Translations under genes and position numbers: made by a program
The notes under the pieces: generated by a model
Told to the model about the DNA's origin: nothing
The model's database searches: none
What the model saw: only the letters and a program-made list of their open reading frames with translations
Source of the DNA: Myxococcales bacterium
GTDB taxonomy: Bacteria > Myxococcota > UBA727 > VGSZ01
Assembly (NCBI GenBank): GCA_023248635.1
Contig: JAHFED010000014.1
Span: forward strand, 8,419 to 72,418
DNA length: 64,000 nt
Reading direction: 5' to 3'
Shown: positions 27,526-36,357 of the stretch, in pieces
Position numbering within the stretch: the stretch's first letter is position 1
How the letters are laid out: each line of letters starts with the position of its first letter

Positions 27526-28281
27526 GTGAGCAAGAGGACGTTCGCCGTCGGCGACATCCACGGTGACCTCGATGCGCTCGAGCGCTTGCTCGAGCGGCTG
27601 CCCCGCCTGGGCACGAACGACACCCTGGTGTTCCTCGGCGACTACGTCGACCGCGGCCCCGCTTCCGCTGACGTCGTGGCGCGCGTGCGCGAGCTACAGG
27701 CCCACTGCCCGGCCACGGTGGTCGCGTTGCGCGGCAACCACGAAGACGCCTGGCTGCGCGTCGTCGACGAGGGCTGGCCCAACTTCATCCTGCCGCGCGG
27801 CAACGGTTGCCTGGAGACGCTGCGCTCCTTCGCGGGCAAGCCTCAGCCCGCGGTCGACGAAACCGCCGACGAAGACGAATTTGCTGCCTTGTTGCGGGGC
27901 ACGTTCTTCCCGGTCGACGTCGTCGAGTGGATGCGCGCGCTGCCATTCTTCTTCGAAGATGAGCACGCCCTCTACGTGCACGCGGGCCTCATGCGCAAAG
28001 ACGGCGCCTTTCCGCACCCGTCGCAGGTGACGCCGTCGTCGTTGCTGCTGTGGGTACGCGATCGCGATTTCTTCGCCACCTACGACGGCAAGCTCGTGGT
28101 GTTCGGCCACACCGTGACATCCGACCTGCCGGCAGAGCTTTCCAGCTTCACCCCCGACGACCCCGACGATCTGTGGGCGGGCAAGGCCTGTGCTGGCCTC
28201 GACACCGGCGCCGGCAAGGGCGGGTATCTGACCGCACTCGAGCTGCCCAACCGCTACGTGTACACGTCGAAGATCGGCTGA
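27526..28281 (+). CDS. PPP-family Ser/Thr phosphatase / metallophosphoesterase
   Basis: 'GDIHGDLDAL...GDYVDRG...GNHE' metallophosphatase motifs. Confidence 0.75.
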   Translation: MSKRTFAVGDIHGDLDALERLLERLPRLGTNDTLVFLGDYVDRGPASADVVARVRELQAHCPATVVALRGNHEDAWLRVVDEGWPNFILPRGNGCLETLRSFAGKPQPAVDETADEDEFAALLRGTFFPVDVVEWMRALPFFFEDEHALYVHAGLMRKDGAFPHPSQVTPSSLLLWVRDRDFFATYDGKLVVFGHTVTSDLPAELSSFTPDDPDDLWAGKACAGLDTGAGKGGYLTALELPNRYVYTSKIG

Positions 28282-28336
28282 CGACGTCGTCTGTCTGCCA
28301 ACCTCACGTCGTCGACTGGTGCGGTCAAAACGCTCG

Positions 28337-29224
28337 TCAGCGTTCGAGGGCCTCGCGAAAACCCGGTCCGTGCATCTCGCCCGCCACGGCCAAAAGCGCC
28401 TGGCGTCGTTCCGCCGGCAGCGTGGCCCAGGCCTCATGCAACAGACGCACGGCGGTCGGGGTCGTGCCCATGGCGTCGAGCGCCAGGGTGGGAATGGTGT
28501 CGCTCGCCATCACCATCCCGCTGATCACGGCCAACCAGCCGAGCACTTCGACGTCGGTGCTGTTCTTGGCGCCCGTGACAGCCTGCAAGAGCTCCATGGC
28601 GTCGACGCTGACTCCGGTGGCGGCGTTTTTCAGCACCGTGCGCGGTGGCGTCACCGGGCGCTCGACCACCAGCGATCGGCGCTGCACGACGAGGGGACCG
28701 CGGGGGCCAACTTCGAGGCTCAGCTCTTCGACCTCGTCGCCGCTGAGGGGCTCGGCCCGGCGGATGGTGGCCTTGAGCACGCCGCCCGCAAGGACGACGA
28801 CGGGGTCCACGCGCATGGCCATCATGCCTTCGTAGGCGGCAGCGCTGAGGACGAGAGCAAGGGTGCGCTGCGCCGGGGCCTTGGTGAGCCAGGCGCAGGC
28901 CCGAGCGAAGTCGGCGACGTCGTGGTCCCCGTGCTGGCCGTAGCTGCGCCCGTCCTCGCCGACGACGACGGTCCGCACGCCGCTGCCCGGATACAGGGGC
29001 GGATCAAACGACGCCCGCACGACCGCGCCGCAGCCCAGGTCCTCGACGACGGACACGATCTTGTGCCCCGGCACGTCGCTGGCGTGCTCGCGGGCCAGCA
29101 ACGCGATGAGCTTTTCGCTTGCGCGGGCCACGCCGGCCTCACGCTGGGCCGGATTTGCGCCTGCGGCGCCGCTGACGAGCGCGCTGCTCAGGGCGACGGC
29201 GACGACGGCGGATCGAGTGGCCAT
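28337..29224 (-). CDS. Secreted hypothetical protein
   Basis: Signal peptide 'MATRSAVVAVALSSALVSGAAGA'. No recognisable domain. Confidence 0.4.
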   Translation of the reverse strand: MATRSAVVAVALSSALVSGAAGANPAQREAGVARASEKLIALLAREHASDVPGHKIVSVVEDLGCGAVVRASFDPPLYPGSGVRTVVVGEDGRSYGQHGDHDVADFARACAWLTKAPAQRTLALVLSAAAYEGMMAMRVDPVVVLAGGVLKATIRRAEPLSGDEVEELSLEVGPRGPLVVQRRSLVVERPVTPPRTVLKNAATGVSVDAMELLQAVTGAKNSTDVEVLGWLAVISGMVMASDTIPTLALDAMGTTPTAVRLLHEAWATLPAERRQALLAVAGEMHGPGFREALER

Positions 29225-29266
29225 GGGTCTGGTGTACGCCCTTGCTTCGTCGTCGTCGACCGACCC

Positions 29267-30640
29267 TCAGCGCCTCAGGCTGCCGGTCAACAGCGCATCG
29301 TTCAGCGCGCGCGCCGCCCCCACCTTGTCGGCGCCCAACCTGTCTTTCCCCGACGTCGCCAACAGCGGGCCGAGCACCTTGGGCGACAGAGAGACCACCA
29401 CCGTGCGGCCACGGGCCAGGGCCGTGAGACCTGCCTCGATGTGCTGGCTGCCCGCGCGGCTCAAGACCCAATCGCCCACCCGCAACGCCGCGACCTCTTT
29501 GAGCTGGCCCTCGACCTCGCCTTCGTCGCCGACGACGGCGGCACCGTCGACCACCATCCACAGACCGTCGCTGTCGTGAAAAGCATTGAAGAGCTCGTCG
29601 CCATCGGCCAGCTCGCGTTCGTTGAGGCTGGCGGGCAGCTGCTCTTTGTCGGCCTTGGGGAGGGCCGCAAAGAGAGGCACCTCGAGCAACAGGGCAGCGA
29701 TGAGGCGATCGCGCATGAAGCCCACCAGGGCCGCACGTGCGGTGGGGTGCTGCTGCAGCAGGCTGGAGATCGCGAGCCGGTCGATCTCGAAGTACTCAAG
29801 CTCCGTCTCGGCGGTGAGCGTGGCCTGGCGGACCTCGGCAGCGACGAGGGCGAAGATGCCCGCGAGGTCGCCGGGGCGCAGCCGATCGACCTCGACCTCG
29901 ACGCCGTCGACCAGTCGGCTCACGCGCGCGACGCCTTTGGTGATCACCAGACAGGAGTCGCCCGCATCGCCCCGCGAGAACACGACGGCGCCGGCGTCGG
30001 CGCGCTGCCGCATCATCGCGTGGCCCAAGGACACGAAGGCCTGGGGATCGAGAGAGGCAAACAGGGGAACCCGGGTCAGCACGCCGTCGTTGAGGCTCTG
30101 GCTGTCGTCGAGGGCCGAGATGAGGTCGTCGTCGACTTCCTCGGGCTCGATTTCGGCACCCACTTCGTCGGCCTCGCGCACCACCTGCAGCTCGCTGGTG
30201 GGCTCGGGACGGATGGCGCGCCAGATGCCGGTGACGGTCTGGGGCAGTCCTTCGGCCAGGACCTCGACGGCTCCCGGTGACGGCGGAGATGGGTCGTGGA
30301 TGGGCACAGCGACGCGCCCGCGGTTGCTGACGTCGGCGGCACGGGTGCGCGCGTAGAGCTTGGCGAGGAAAAGCAGGGACTCTTCGTGCTTGGAGTTGAC
30401 CTGCAGCAGCTCCTTCAAAACGGCGATGGCCTGCAGAGGGTGCCCCGCCAGCGAGAGGTAGCGAGCGACGGCGCCGTAGTGGGCCACGGCGTCGTCGCCG
30501 GCATTGAGCAGTCGATAGGTGCGAGCGATGCGCATGCGGGCATCGAGATCCATGGGCCGATCCTCCAGCCGCTCCTTGAGCAGCCTGAGGTTCTTTTTCA
30601 GCTCGGCCTTCGACGGCATCGTCGACATGAGCGCATCCAT
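29267..30640 (-). CDS. Tandem cyclic-nucleotide-binding (cNMP) domain protein with an N-terminal TPR-like region
   Basis: Two cNMP-binding folds ('VVFSRGDAGDSCLVITKGVARV', 'ELFNAFHDSDGLWMVVDGAAVV'). The ATG at 30640 lies next to repeat C. Confidence 0.6.
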   Translation of the reverse strand: MDALMSTMPSKAELKKNLRLLKERLEDRPMDLDARMRIARTYRLLNAGDDAVAHYGAVARYLSLAGHPLQAIAVLKELLQVNSKHEESLLFLAKLYARTRAADVSNRGRVAVPIHDPSPPSPGAVEVLAEGLPQTVTGIWRAIRPEPTSELQVVREADEVGAEIEPEEVDDDLISALDDSQSLNDGVLTRVPLFASLDPQAFVSLGHAMMRQRADAGAVVFSRGDAGDSCLVITKGVARVSRLVDGVEVEVDRLRPGDLAGIFALVAAEVRQATLTAETELEYFEIDRLAISSLLQQHPTARAALVGFMRDRLIAALLLEVPLFAALPKADKEQLPASLNERELADGDELFNAFHDSDGLWMVVDGAAVVGDEGEVEGQLKEVAALRVGDWVLSRAGSQHIEAGLTALARGRTVVVSLSPKVLGPLLATSGKDRLGADKVGAARALNDALLTGSLRR

Positions 30641-30644
30641 ACAG

Positions 30645-30735
30645 GAATTCATCGCCGCCAGGCGATGAACCTGTAGACAATTCACCGACACGCGCAGCGC
30701 GTCGGTGAATTCACCGAGCGCGCTTCGCGTCGGTG
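30645..30735 (+). repeat. Repeat C copy 2
   Basis: 'GAATTCATCGCCGCCAGGCGATGAACCTGTAGACAATTCACCGACACGCGCAGCGCGTCGGTGAATTC'. Confidence 0.75.
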
Positions 30736-30746
30736 CCCAGGGGTGG

Positions 30747-33719
30747 CTACAGGGCCTCCCAGAGGAAGATGCCCTGCACGTTGTAGACGGGGGCGCCGGG
30801 GGGCTGCTTCTCGGGGACGTCGAGATGGAAATCGTAGCCCTCGTCGCGGCCTGGGGCGTTGAAGCCATAGCGCTTGGGGGAGCCGTCGCCGGTGCCGTTG
30901 GTGCCGGCGGCTTCGTAGACAGAAGCAAAGCCCGCGACCATAGAGCCAAAGTAATGGGAAGGGACGTCGCCGCTGCTGTTTTGCCACTGTTCATTGTACT
31001 TCATGAAATTCTCAATGCCGTCGTCATGAAATCCGGTCGAGGCCTCAGATTGCAGCCATCCTGAAAAGACCTCGAAATTGTGGATGGTCTCGAGGGCGAC
31101 GTGGCCGAAGATCGGATAGGGGACGCCCCAGCGCGCATTGAGGTCGTCGAAGCCTTTGGACTGGCGGATGACGCGGTCGCCGGCGATCAAGACGGGCACG
31201 AAATAGTCACCGGTCGGCAAGGTGGCGGGATCGACTTGAGGCGTGGTCTCGATGTTGACGTCGCCCAGCACGTAGACGGGCAGATTGCTGGCGATGGTGA
31301 GGCCGTGGGGCAACACGCCGGCGGCGATGGTGAGGGCCCCCGCGGCCGTCGTGCGGTTGGCGACGGGGTTGATGCGCTCGGCGTTGATGACGCGAACGGC
31401 GTTGGGATAGGCAGCGATGGCGCCGCCGGCGGCGCGATAGGTCGAGCAAGCCGGAATGCGGAAGCGCTGGCCGCCTTGTCGATCGTAGACTCGATTGATG
31501 ACAGTGACGTCGCTTGCACACAGCTGAGACGGCAGAGCCTCGTTGATCTGCTGCTCTGCGGGCTGCTGAACACCGACGGAATTATTGTACTGTGCTAAGC
31601 CCGTGAAGACGTCGGGCTGGGCAGCATCGTTGGTCACCGACGTGCCTTGGAAAGGCCAGGAGCGGGGGACGTTGGAGCTGGTCGCGGTGTCGCCCAAGCC
31701 GTCCAACGAGCCGCCGGCGGGATCGCGCCAGGTCGCGGTGACATAGACGATGCCGTTGAACTCGCGCCCCGAGGCGCCGCTGCAGGTCTTGGGAAAATAG
31801 CTGCCGAGCTCACCGACCGCGCAGTCTTTGAGGGCGGCCTGCAGGGCAGCGAGGTCGATGTTGATGGGCAGGATGCGCGAGCGGTCGCGCTCGTTGTCGG
31901 TGACGCCGTCACCCATGTTGGTGCCGGCCAGGGCCTTGCCGACGTTGTCGGGTCGCAGCGCCAGCTCCCCAGACGACGACGACGACGGAATGCTGCGGAC
32001 CTCGATCCAACCGCTGCGAAAGCCGCTGCGCGTGGCGTTGAGCAAAGCGGAGTGGTGGTTGGCTCCGCAGGCGCTGAAGTTGTCGGCGCGGCGCAGGCAG
32101 CCGTATTCGCTGAGGGTGATGTTGGCGCTGCCGTCGTTGGTCTTGCCGACGTTGGGGATGGTGACGCCGGTGGTGACGCAGGTGCTGACCGACGTGGCCA
32201 GACAGATGGACTTGGCGTTGCCGGCCGGCAGCGCCGCGCCACCCGTGCTCGTGCCTTGCCAAGACCCCGGGTACCAATAGGGCCGGGTGCCGCCGACGCC
32301 GTCGTCGGGGTCGCGAAACAGAGCGCCGTAGGAGAGCACCGCGGGGGGGTCGGTAGCCGCGCGGGTCATGAGGCCGAGGCCGCCGTCGCCCGCAGCGAAG
32401 TAGCCGTAGTAGCTGAAGCGCCGGGGGGTGGTGGTCCAGGAGCGCTGGGTGCGGAGGTGCTCTTGGCCCACAGACAACGTCGGCGCTGGCAGCTCGGTGG
32501 GCTCTTCGCTGGCGATGGTGTGCAAGCCGGGGTGGTCCGACCAGATGGGCGTGCCGGGCTTGTCGGGGTCGTTGTCGTCGCGCAGGTACCAGGTGCCATT
32601 GATGATGCGCAGATCGGCCTTCCAGGCGAGCTTCTGCTCGCGCACGTCCTGGGGCTCGGTGATGAGCACGGGGTCGACGACGAAGCGCTGGTTGTCGAGG
32701 TTGGATTCTTCGTAGGTCGCCGCCGGCTGACCGAATTGAGTGACGGCGAGGTTGTAACCGGTCTGCACCCGGGGTTGCCCGGTGATCGGCAGCTTGAGCT
32801 TGGTAACCCCATGGACGCTGTCGAGCACCCGCCCATTGAAGGTGGTTTCGGCGAAGGTCCGCCAATCGGAGGCAGTGTGATCCTTGGTGAGGGTGCCAAA
32901 GGTGGTGAAGCTGCTGCTGTTGGCGAAGCGCACGTTGCTGGCGGTGCTGGGCTGAGAGGCCCGGCAGGGTTTGCCGACGCCGACGTTGGCGGACACCCAC
33001 GATTGGTAGATGCCGCCGGCGGAGGTCACGCGATCGCCCTTGAGGCCACTGGTCGTGCCCGCGGCGCCAGCGATGCAGATGTTCTGGTTGCCGTGCACGC
33101 GCCCCCGCACCGTCATCAAGGGCACGGGATCCCAATCGAGGTAGACGTCGGAGAAAATGAAAAACTGAAAAGCCGACACCGTGCCCAGCACGACCTTTTG
33201 GTGGCAGGCCGCGGATGCCAGGCCGGCGATGTGTTGCACCCGTACCTTCATGTCGAGGGGAGATTGGGCGGCGATCATGCCCTCGAAGGGTCCGCTGGGG
33301 AGCGGCTTGGTTTGTCGGGCGCCGAGGTTGAGGACGTCGAAGCCCGGCACCGACGTCGGCGATCCCTTGGTCTCGTAGTTTGCCGGCGTGATGAGGGGCA
33401 GCCCGCTGCCGCCGCCGTTGGTGGAGACGTAGGACTCCATGCCCGTCGCCGTCGGCAGCGGGGTCACCGCGAGATAGTTCTGCGCGAGCACGGCAGTGAT
33501 GCGGCACATGTCGTCGGCGGCGTAGAAGGCCTGACGTTCCTTGAGCGCGGCACCAGTGGCCCTCGATCCCGCCGACACGGAAGAAATGAAGCTGAAGATG
33601 CCCACCGTCAGGAGCAAGAGCAGAAAGAGCACGAAGGGAATGGCGTAGCCGCGGGGCCGCGCCTTCCCCGCTCGAGCACATCTCGGCTCAACATCGCGCT
33701 GCATCGAAGGGCTCCTCAA
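30747..33719 (-). CDS. Large PilX-like type IV pilus assembly/tip protein (990 aa)
   Basis: PilX-like N-terminal hydrophobic segment 'GYAIPFVLFLLLLLTVGIFSF'. It is the last gene of a FimU-PilV-PilW-PilX-type operon and overlaps the upstream gene in an ATGA. Confidence 0.55.
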   Translation of the reverse strand: MRSPSMQRDVEPRCARAGKARPRGYAIPFVLFLLLLLTVGIFSFISSVSAGSRATGAALKERQAFYAADDMCRITAVLAQNYLAVTPLPTATGMESYVSTNGGGSGLPLITPANYETKGSPTSVPGFDVLNLGARQTKPLPSGPFEGMIAAQSPLDMKVRVQHIAGLASAACHQKVVLGTVSAFQFFIFSDVYLDWDPVPLMTVRGRVHGNQNICIAGAAGTTSGLKGDRVTSAGGIYQSWVSANVGVGKPCRASQPSTASNVRFANSSSFTTFGTLTKDHTASDWRTFAETTFNGRVLDSVHGVTKLKLPITGQPRVQTGYNLAVTQFGQPAATYEESNLDNQRFVVDPVLITEPQDVREQKLAWKADLRIINGTWYLRDDNDPDKPGTPIWSDHPGLHTIASEEPTELPAPTLSVGQEHLRTQRSWTTTPRRFSYYGYFAAGDGGLGLMTRAATDPPAVLSYGALFRDPDDGVGGTRPYWYPGSWQGTSTGGAALPAGNAKSICLATSVSTCVTTGVTIPNVGKTNDGSANITLSEYGCLRRADNFSACGANHHSALLNATRSGFRSGWIEVRSIPSSSSSGELALRPDNVGKALAGTNMGDGVTDNERDRSRILPINIDLAALQAALKDCAVGELGSYFPKTCSGASGREFNGIVYVTATWRDPAGGSLDGLGDTATSSNVPRSWPFQGTSVTNDAAQPDVFTGLAQYNNSVGVQQPAEQQINEALPSQLCASDVTVINRVYDRQGGQRFRIPACSTYRAAGGAIAAYPNAVRVINAERINPVANRTTAAGALTIAAGVLPHGLTIASNLPVYVLGDVNIETTPQVDPATLPTGDYFVPVLIAGDRVIRQSKGFDDLNARWGVPYPIFGHVALETIHNFEVFSGWLQSEASTGFHDDGIENFMKYNEQWQNSSGDVPSHYFGSMVAGFASVYEAAGTNGTGDGSPKRYGFNAPGRDEGYDFHLDVPEKQPPGAPVYNVQGIFLWEAL

Positions 33720-34828
33720 TCAAACACGAAGATGTTGCGCAAGAACGCGCGGGTGATGGTGGCTCGCAGGTGAGCGTTGGTGCCGGTGCGCAGGGGTCCA
33801 TCAAACACCCGGGCTGATGTCGACGTCGCCCCCGGTGGCAGCGGCACCGAGACGATGACGCCGACGGCGAGCATGCGCAGGGTGTCGGCGGGCACCGTGG
33901 GAGCCGGGACGTCGCCGGTGGCGTTGAGGTGCCATTCATCGGTGGTCGAGCTGGTCTCGACGACGCGGCCGTCGGCGTCGGCGTCGTAGCCGAGGGCGAT
34001 CTGCAGGTCCGACACGTTGTCGGCGATCACCCGCAGCTCGCCGGCATCAAAGAGATTGTCGAAGTCCAGGTCCTTGAACTCGTAGAGCGTGTTCTTCTTC
34101 AACCCTCGCGTGTTGTCGTCGGCCGGCGCGCGAAAATAAAGGGTCTGCTGGCCGAGGATGAGCGTGCCGCCGGGAATGTTTTCGTTGAGCAGTCCGGCGG
34201 GGAAGCCGCCCGGCACATTGATGGAACAGCCGTCGCCGCCCGCGCTGGTCTTGTTGTGCAACTTCACCGGAAAGGCAGCACGGTTCTTGTCGAGGGCGAT
34301 GGCGTTGCGATCTTCCCACAGCGAGGTCGACACCACCGCGCCGTTGACCACCATCAGGCAGCAGGCGTCGTCGTTTTTATCCAGCAGACCGTTGCCGTTG
34401 CCCAGCGGCGGTGCGTCTTCGAGGCGCACGTTGAAGTTCACGCCGTTGTTGCCGGTCAAGCCACAGGACCCGAGGCTGCTGTCGACGAAGGTGACGATCA
34501 GGCGATCGCTGCCGTCACAGGCCGGCAGGTCCCCACGGGCCGCGCAGGCGGTGCTGTCGGCGCCGCTGTTGACGGTGATGCCCTCCCAGGGGCGGATCTC
34601 GTCGCCGCCGATGCCGCGCAGCTGAAAGACCAACCACTCAGACAAGAGCTTGGCTTCTTCGTCGGCGGCAATCTTGGCCTGGTAGATCGTCACCGCCTTG
34701 TTGATCGAGACGATCAGCGTGGAAGCGACGGAGACGACGATGCCGATGAGGGCCATCGACACGGCAAGCTCGGCGAGGGTGAAGGCGCGGCGCTCGGTGC
34801 GGGGAGTGGACTTGAGCATGGCCTTCAC
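33716..34828 (-). CDS. PilW-like minor pilin (prepilin-type N-terminal domain)
   Basis: 'RRAFTLAELAVSMALIGIVVSVA' prepilin cleavage/methylation motif. Confidence 0.55.
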   Translation of the reverse strand: MKAMLKSTPRTERRAFTLAELAVSMALIGIVVSVASTLIVSINKAVTIYQAKIAADEEAKLLSEWLVFQLRGIGGDEIRPWEGITVNSGADSTACAARGDLPACDGSDRLIVTFVDSSLGSCGLTGNNGVNFNVRLEDAPPLGNGNGLLDKNDDACCLMVVNGAVVSTSLWEDRNAIALDKNRAAFPVKLHNKTSAGGDGCSINVPGGFPAGLLNENIPGGTLILGQQTLYFRAPADDNTRGLKKNTLYEFKDLDFDNLFDAGELRVIADNVSDLQIALGYDADADGRVVETSSTTDEWHLNATGDVPAPTVPADTLRMLAVGVIVSVPLPPGATSTSARVFDGPLRTGTNAHLRATITRAFLRNIFVFD

Positions 34829-35262
34829 CTGCGGTGGATGACGAAGCCCGTGGTGCCGCTGCTGCCAGCGACGTTCCAGGCGACGGTGATGGTGATGCGG
34901 CGGATGGTGTCGATGGGCACGTTGGCCTGAACGTTCCAGGTCGCGCTGTAGACGCCCTTGGGATCGGTTGGGGCGACCTCCTCGCCGACGGAATTGAAGA
35001 CGTGCGGCGTTGACGTATGGGCGCCGGCGTCGAGCTGGTCGTCGGACTGGTCCAGCACCAAGAACTGTTCGGCGACGCTCTCGGCGACGTTGATGGACTG
35101 GGTCATGTGCCGGTTGTGGGTCGCCACCTTGCGGGCGGTGTCGAAGCCGGCCAAGGACGCGGTCACCCCCACGGCCAGCAGGGTTCCCGCGACCATGACC
35201 TCGACGAGCGAAAAACCGCGCACCTGTCGCGGCCGTCGTCGTCGGCGGGCTGGGTTGGTCAC
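34825..35262 (-). CDS. PilV-like minor pilin
   Basis: 'RGFSLVEVMVAGTLLAVG' canonical G|FSLxE prepilin motif. Start is a GTG. Confidence 0.6.
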   Translation of the reverse strand: MTNPARRRRRPRQVRGFSLVEVMVAGTLLAVGVTASLAGFDTARKVATHNRHMTQSINVAESVAEQFLVLDQSDDQLDAGAHTSTPHVFNSVGEEVAPTDPKGVYSATWNVQANVPIDTIRRITITVAWNVAGSSGTTGFVIHRR

Positions 35263-35272
35263 GCTGACACCC

Positions 35273-35755
35273 TCACCGCTCGCGCCGAACCACGCCGGTG
35301 GCGGGCAACACGAAGAAAGTGCGGGTCACGATGCTCGAAATGGGCGTGATGCCCTTGATCTTCGTCGGCGAGCCGGTCTTGAGGCTGCCCCGGCTGTCGA
35401 AGGTGATGCCCTCGGCGCCGACGGCGTCGGGGAACTGCACGAGGCCGATGGTGACGCCGGTGCGCACCTGATCCCCTGACTCGACGTAGCTGCCGTCGCA
35501 GGCCAGGTCGACGGCGACGCGCAGCTTCTTGCCCTGACCCGACACCAGGTCTGGCGAGGCGACGTTGACGCAGGCCCGACGGATGCGGGCCTCGTTGCGC
35601 GCATCGGTCAGCATCTCGGGGATCTTGTTGAGGTCGTTGATCTGCCGTTGGCGGATGACGGTGTTGCTGATCGCAGGCAAGGCCAGGCTGCCGATGATGC
35701 CCAGCACGGCGGCCACCGCTGTCAGCTCAAGCACCGAGAAGGCCCGCGCACCCAT
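35273..35755 (-). CDS. FimU/GspH-like pseudopilin
   Basis: ATG at 35755. 'MGARAFSVLELTAVAAVLGIIG'. Confidence 0.55.
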   Translation of the reverse strand: MGARAFSVLELTAVAAVLGIIGSLALPAISNTVIRQRQINDLNKIPEMLTDARNEARIRRACVNVASPDLVSGQGKKLRVAVDLACDGSYVESGDQVRTGVTIGLVQFPDAVGAEGITFDSRGSLKTGSPTKIKGITPISSIVTRTFFVLPATGVVRRER

Positions 35756-35865
35756 GACAGCGACTGTAAAGCCGACCCCGCGCGGCCGCAGATTTTTCTG
35801 GGGCGGACGACGTTCGTTGGGCACAGGTGTGTCGGTTTTTGTGGGACCAACGCTCTGCGAAGCCA

Positions 35866-36219
35866 TCATTCCGCGAAGACGACGCCCTTGGCAGCCGCGC
35901 GCGAGCAGATCGATTCACAGGGGCGATCGTCCGCGAGGCAGGCGACGTCGACGACGACCTCGCTGGCCCCACCGATGGAGTCGGCGGCGTCGGCGGCGCA
36001 TTGGTCCTGCTCGACCTTCTGCGACCGGCCCTGGGAAAGGTCGTCGGGAAGACAATTATCGCTGGACGGGCGGAGAACATCGGCGCCCGCTTCGTCGCCG
36101 TCGGCATTGCTCTCCGCCAAGCAGGCGCAGCAGTCGGCGGCTTCGGCAATCCCAAGCTGGGGCGCGCAGTCCGCGCCGCCGATCAGCAGCCCGAATGCTG
36201 GGAGGCAGACGCGAGACAT
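35866..36219 (-). CDS. Small secreted Cys-rich protein (117 aa), first gene of the minor-pilin operon
   Basis: ATG at 36219. Signal 'MSRVCLPAFGLLIGGA'. Eleven Cys residues, including 'CCAC'. Confidence 0.4.
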   Translation of the reverse strand: MSRVCLPAFGLLIGGADCAPQLGIAEAADCCACLAESNADGDEAGADVLRPSSDNCLPDDLSQGRSQKVEQDQCAADAADSIGGASEVVVDVACLADDRPCESICSRAAAKGVVFAE

Positions 36220-36357
36220 CGCCCTGCGACCCGGCCCCCCACGCCCCCAATTGGCCGCCTGGCCTGACGCCGGAGAAGTTGGGGGGCCTGGGGGACTGAG
36301 CCACCACGCGGTCGCCGACGCTGGCGTTCTCAGCGCGCGAACAAAAGAGATCATGAA

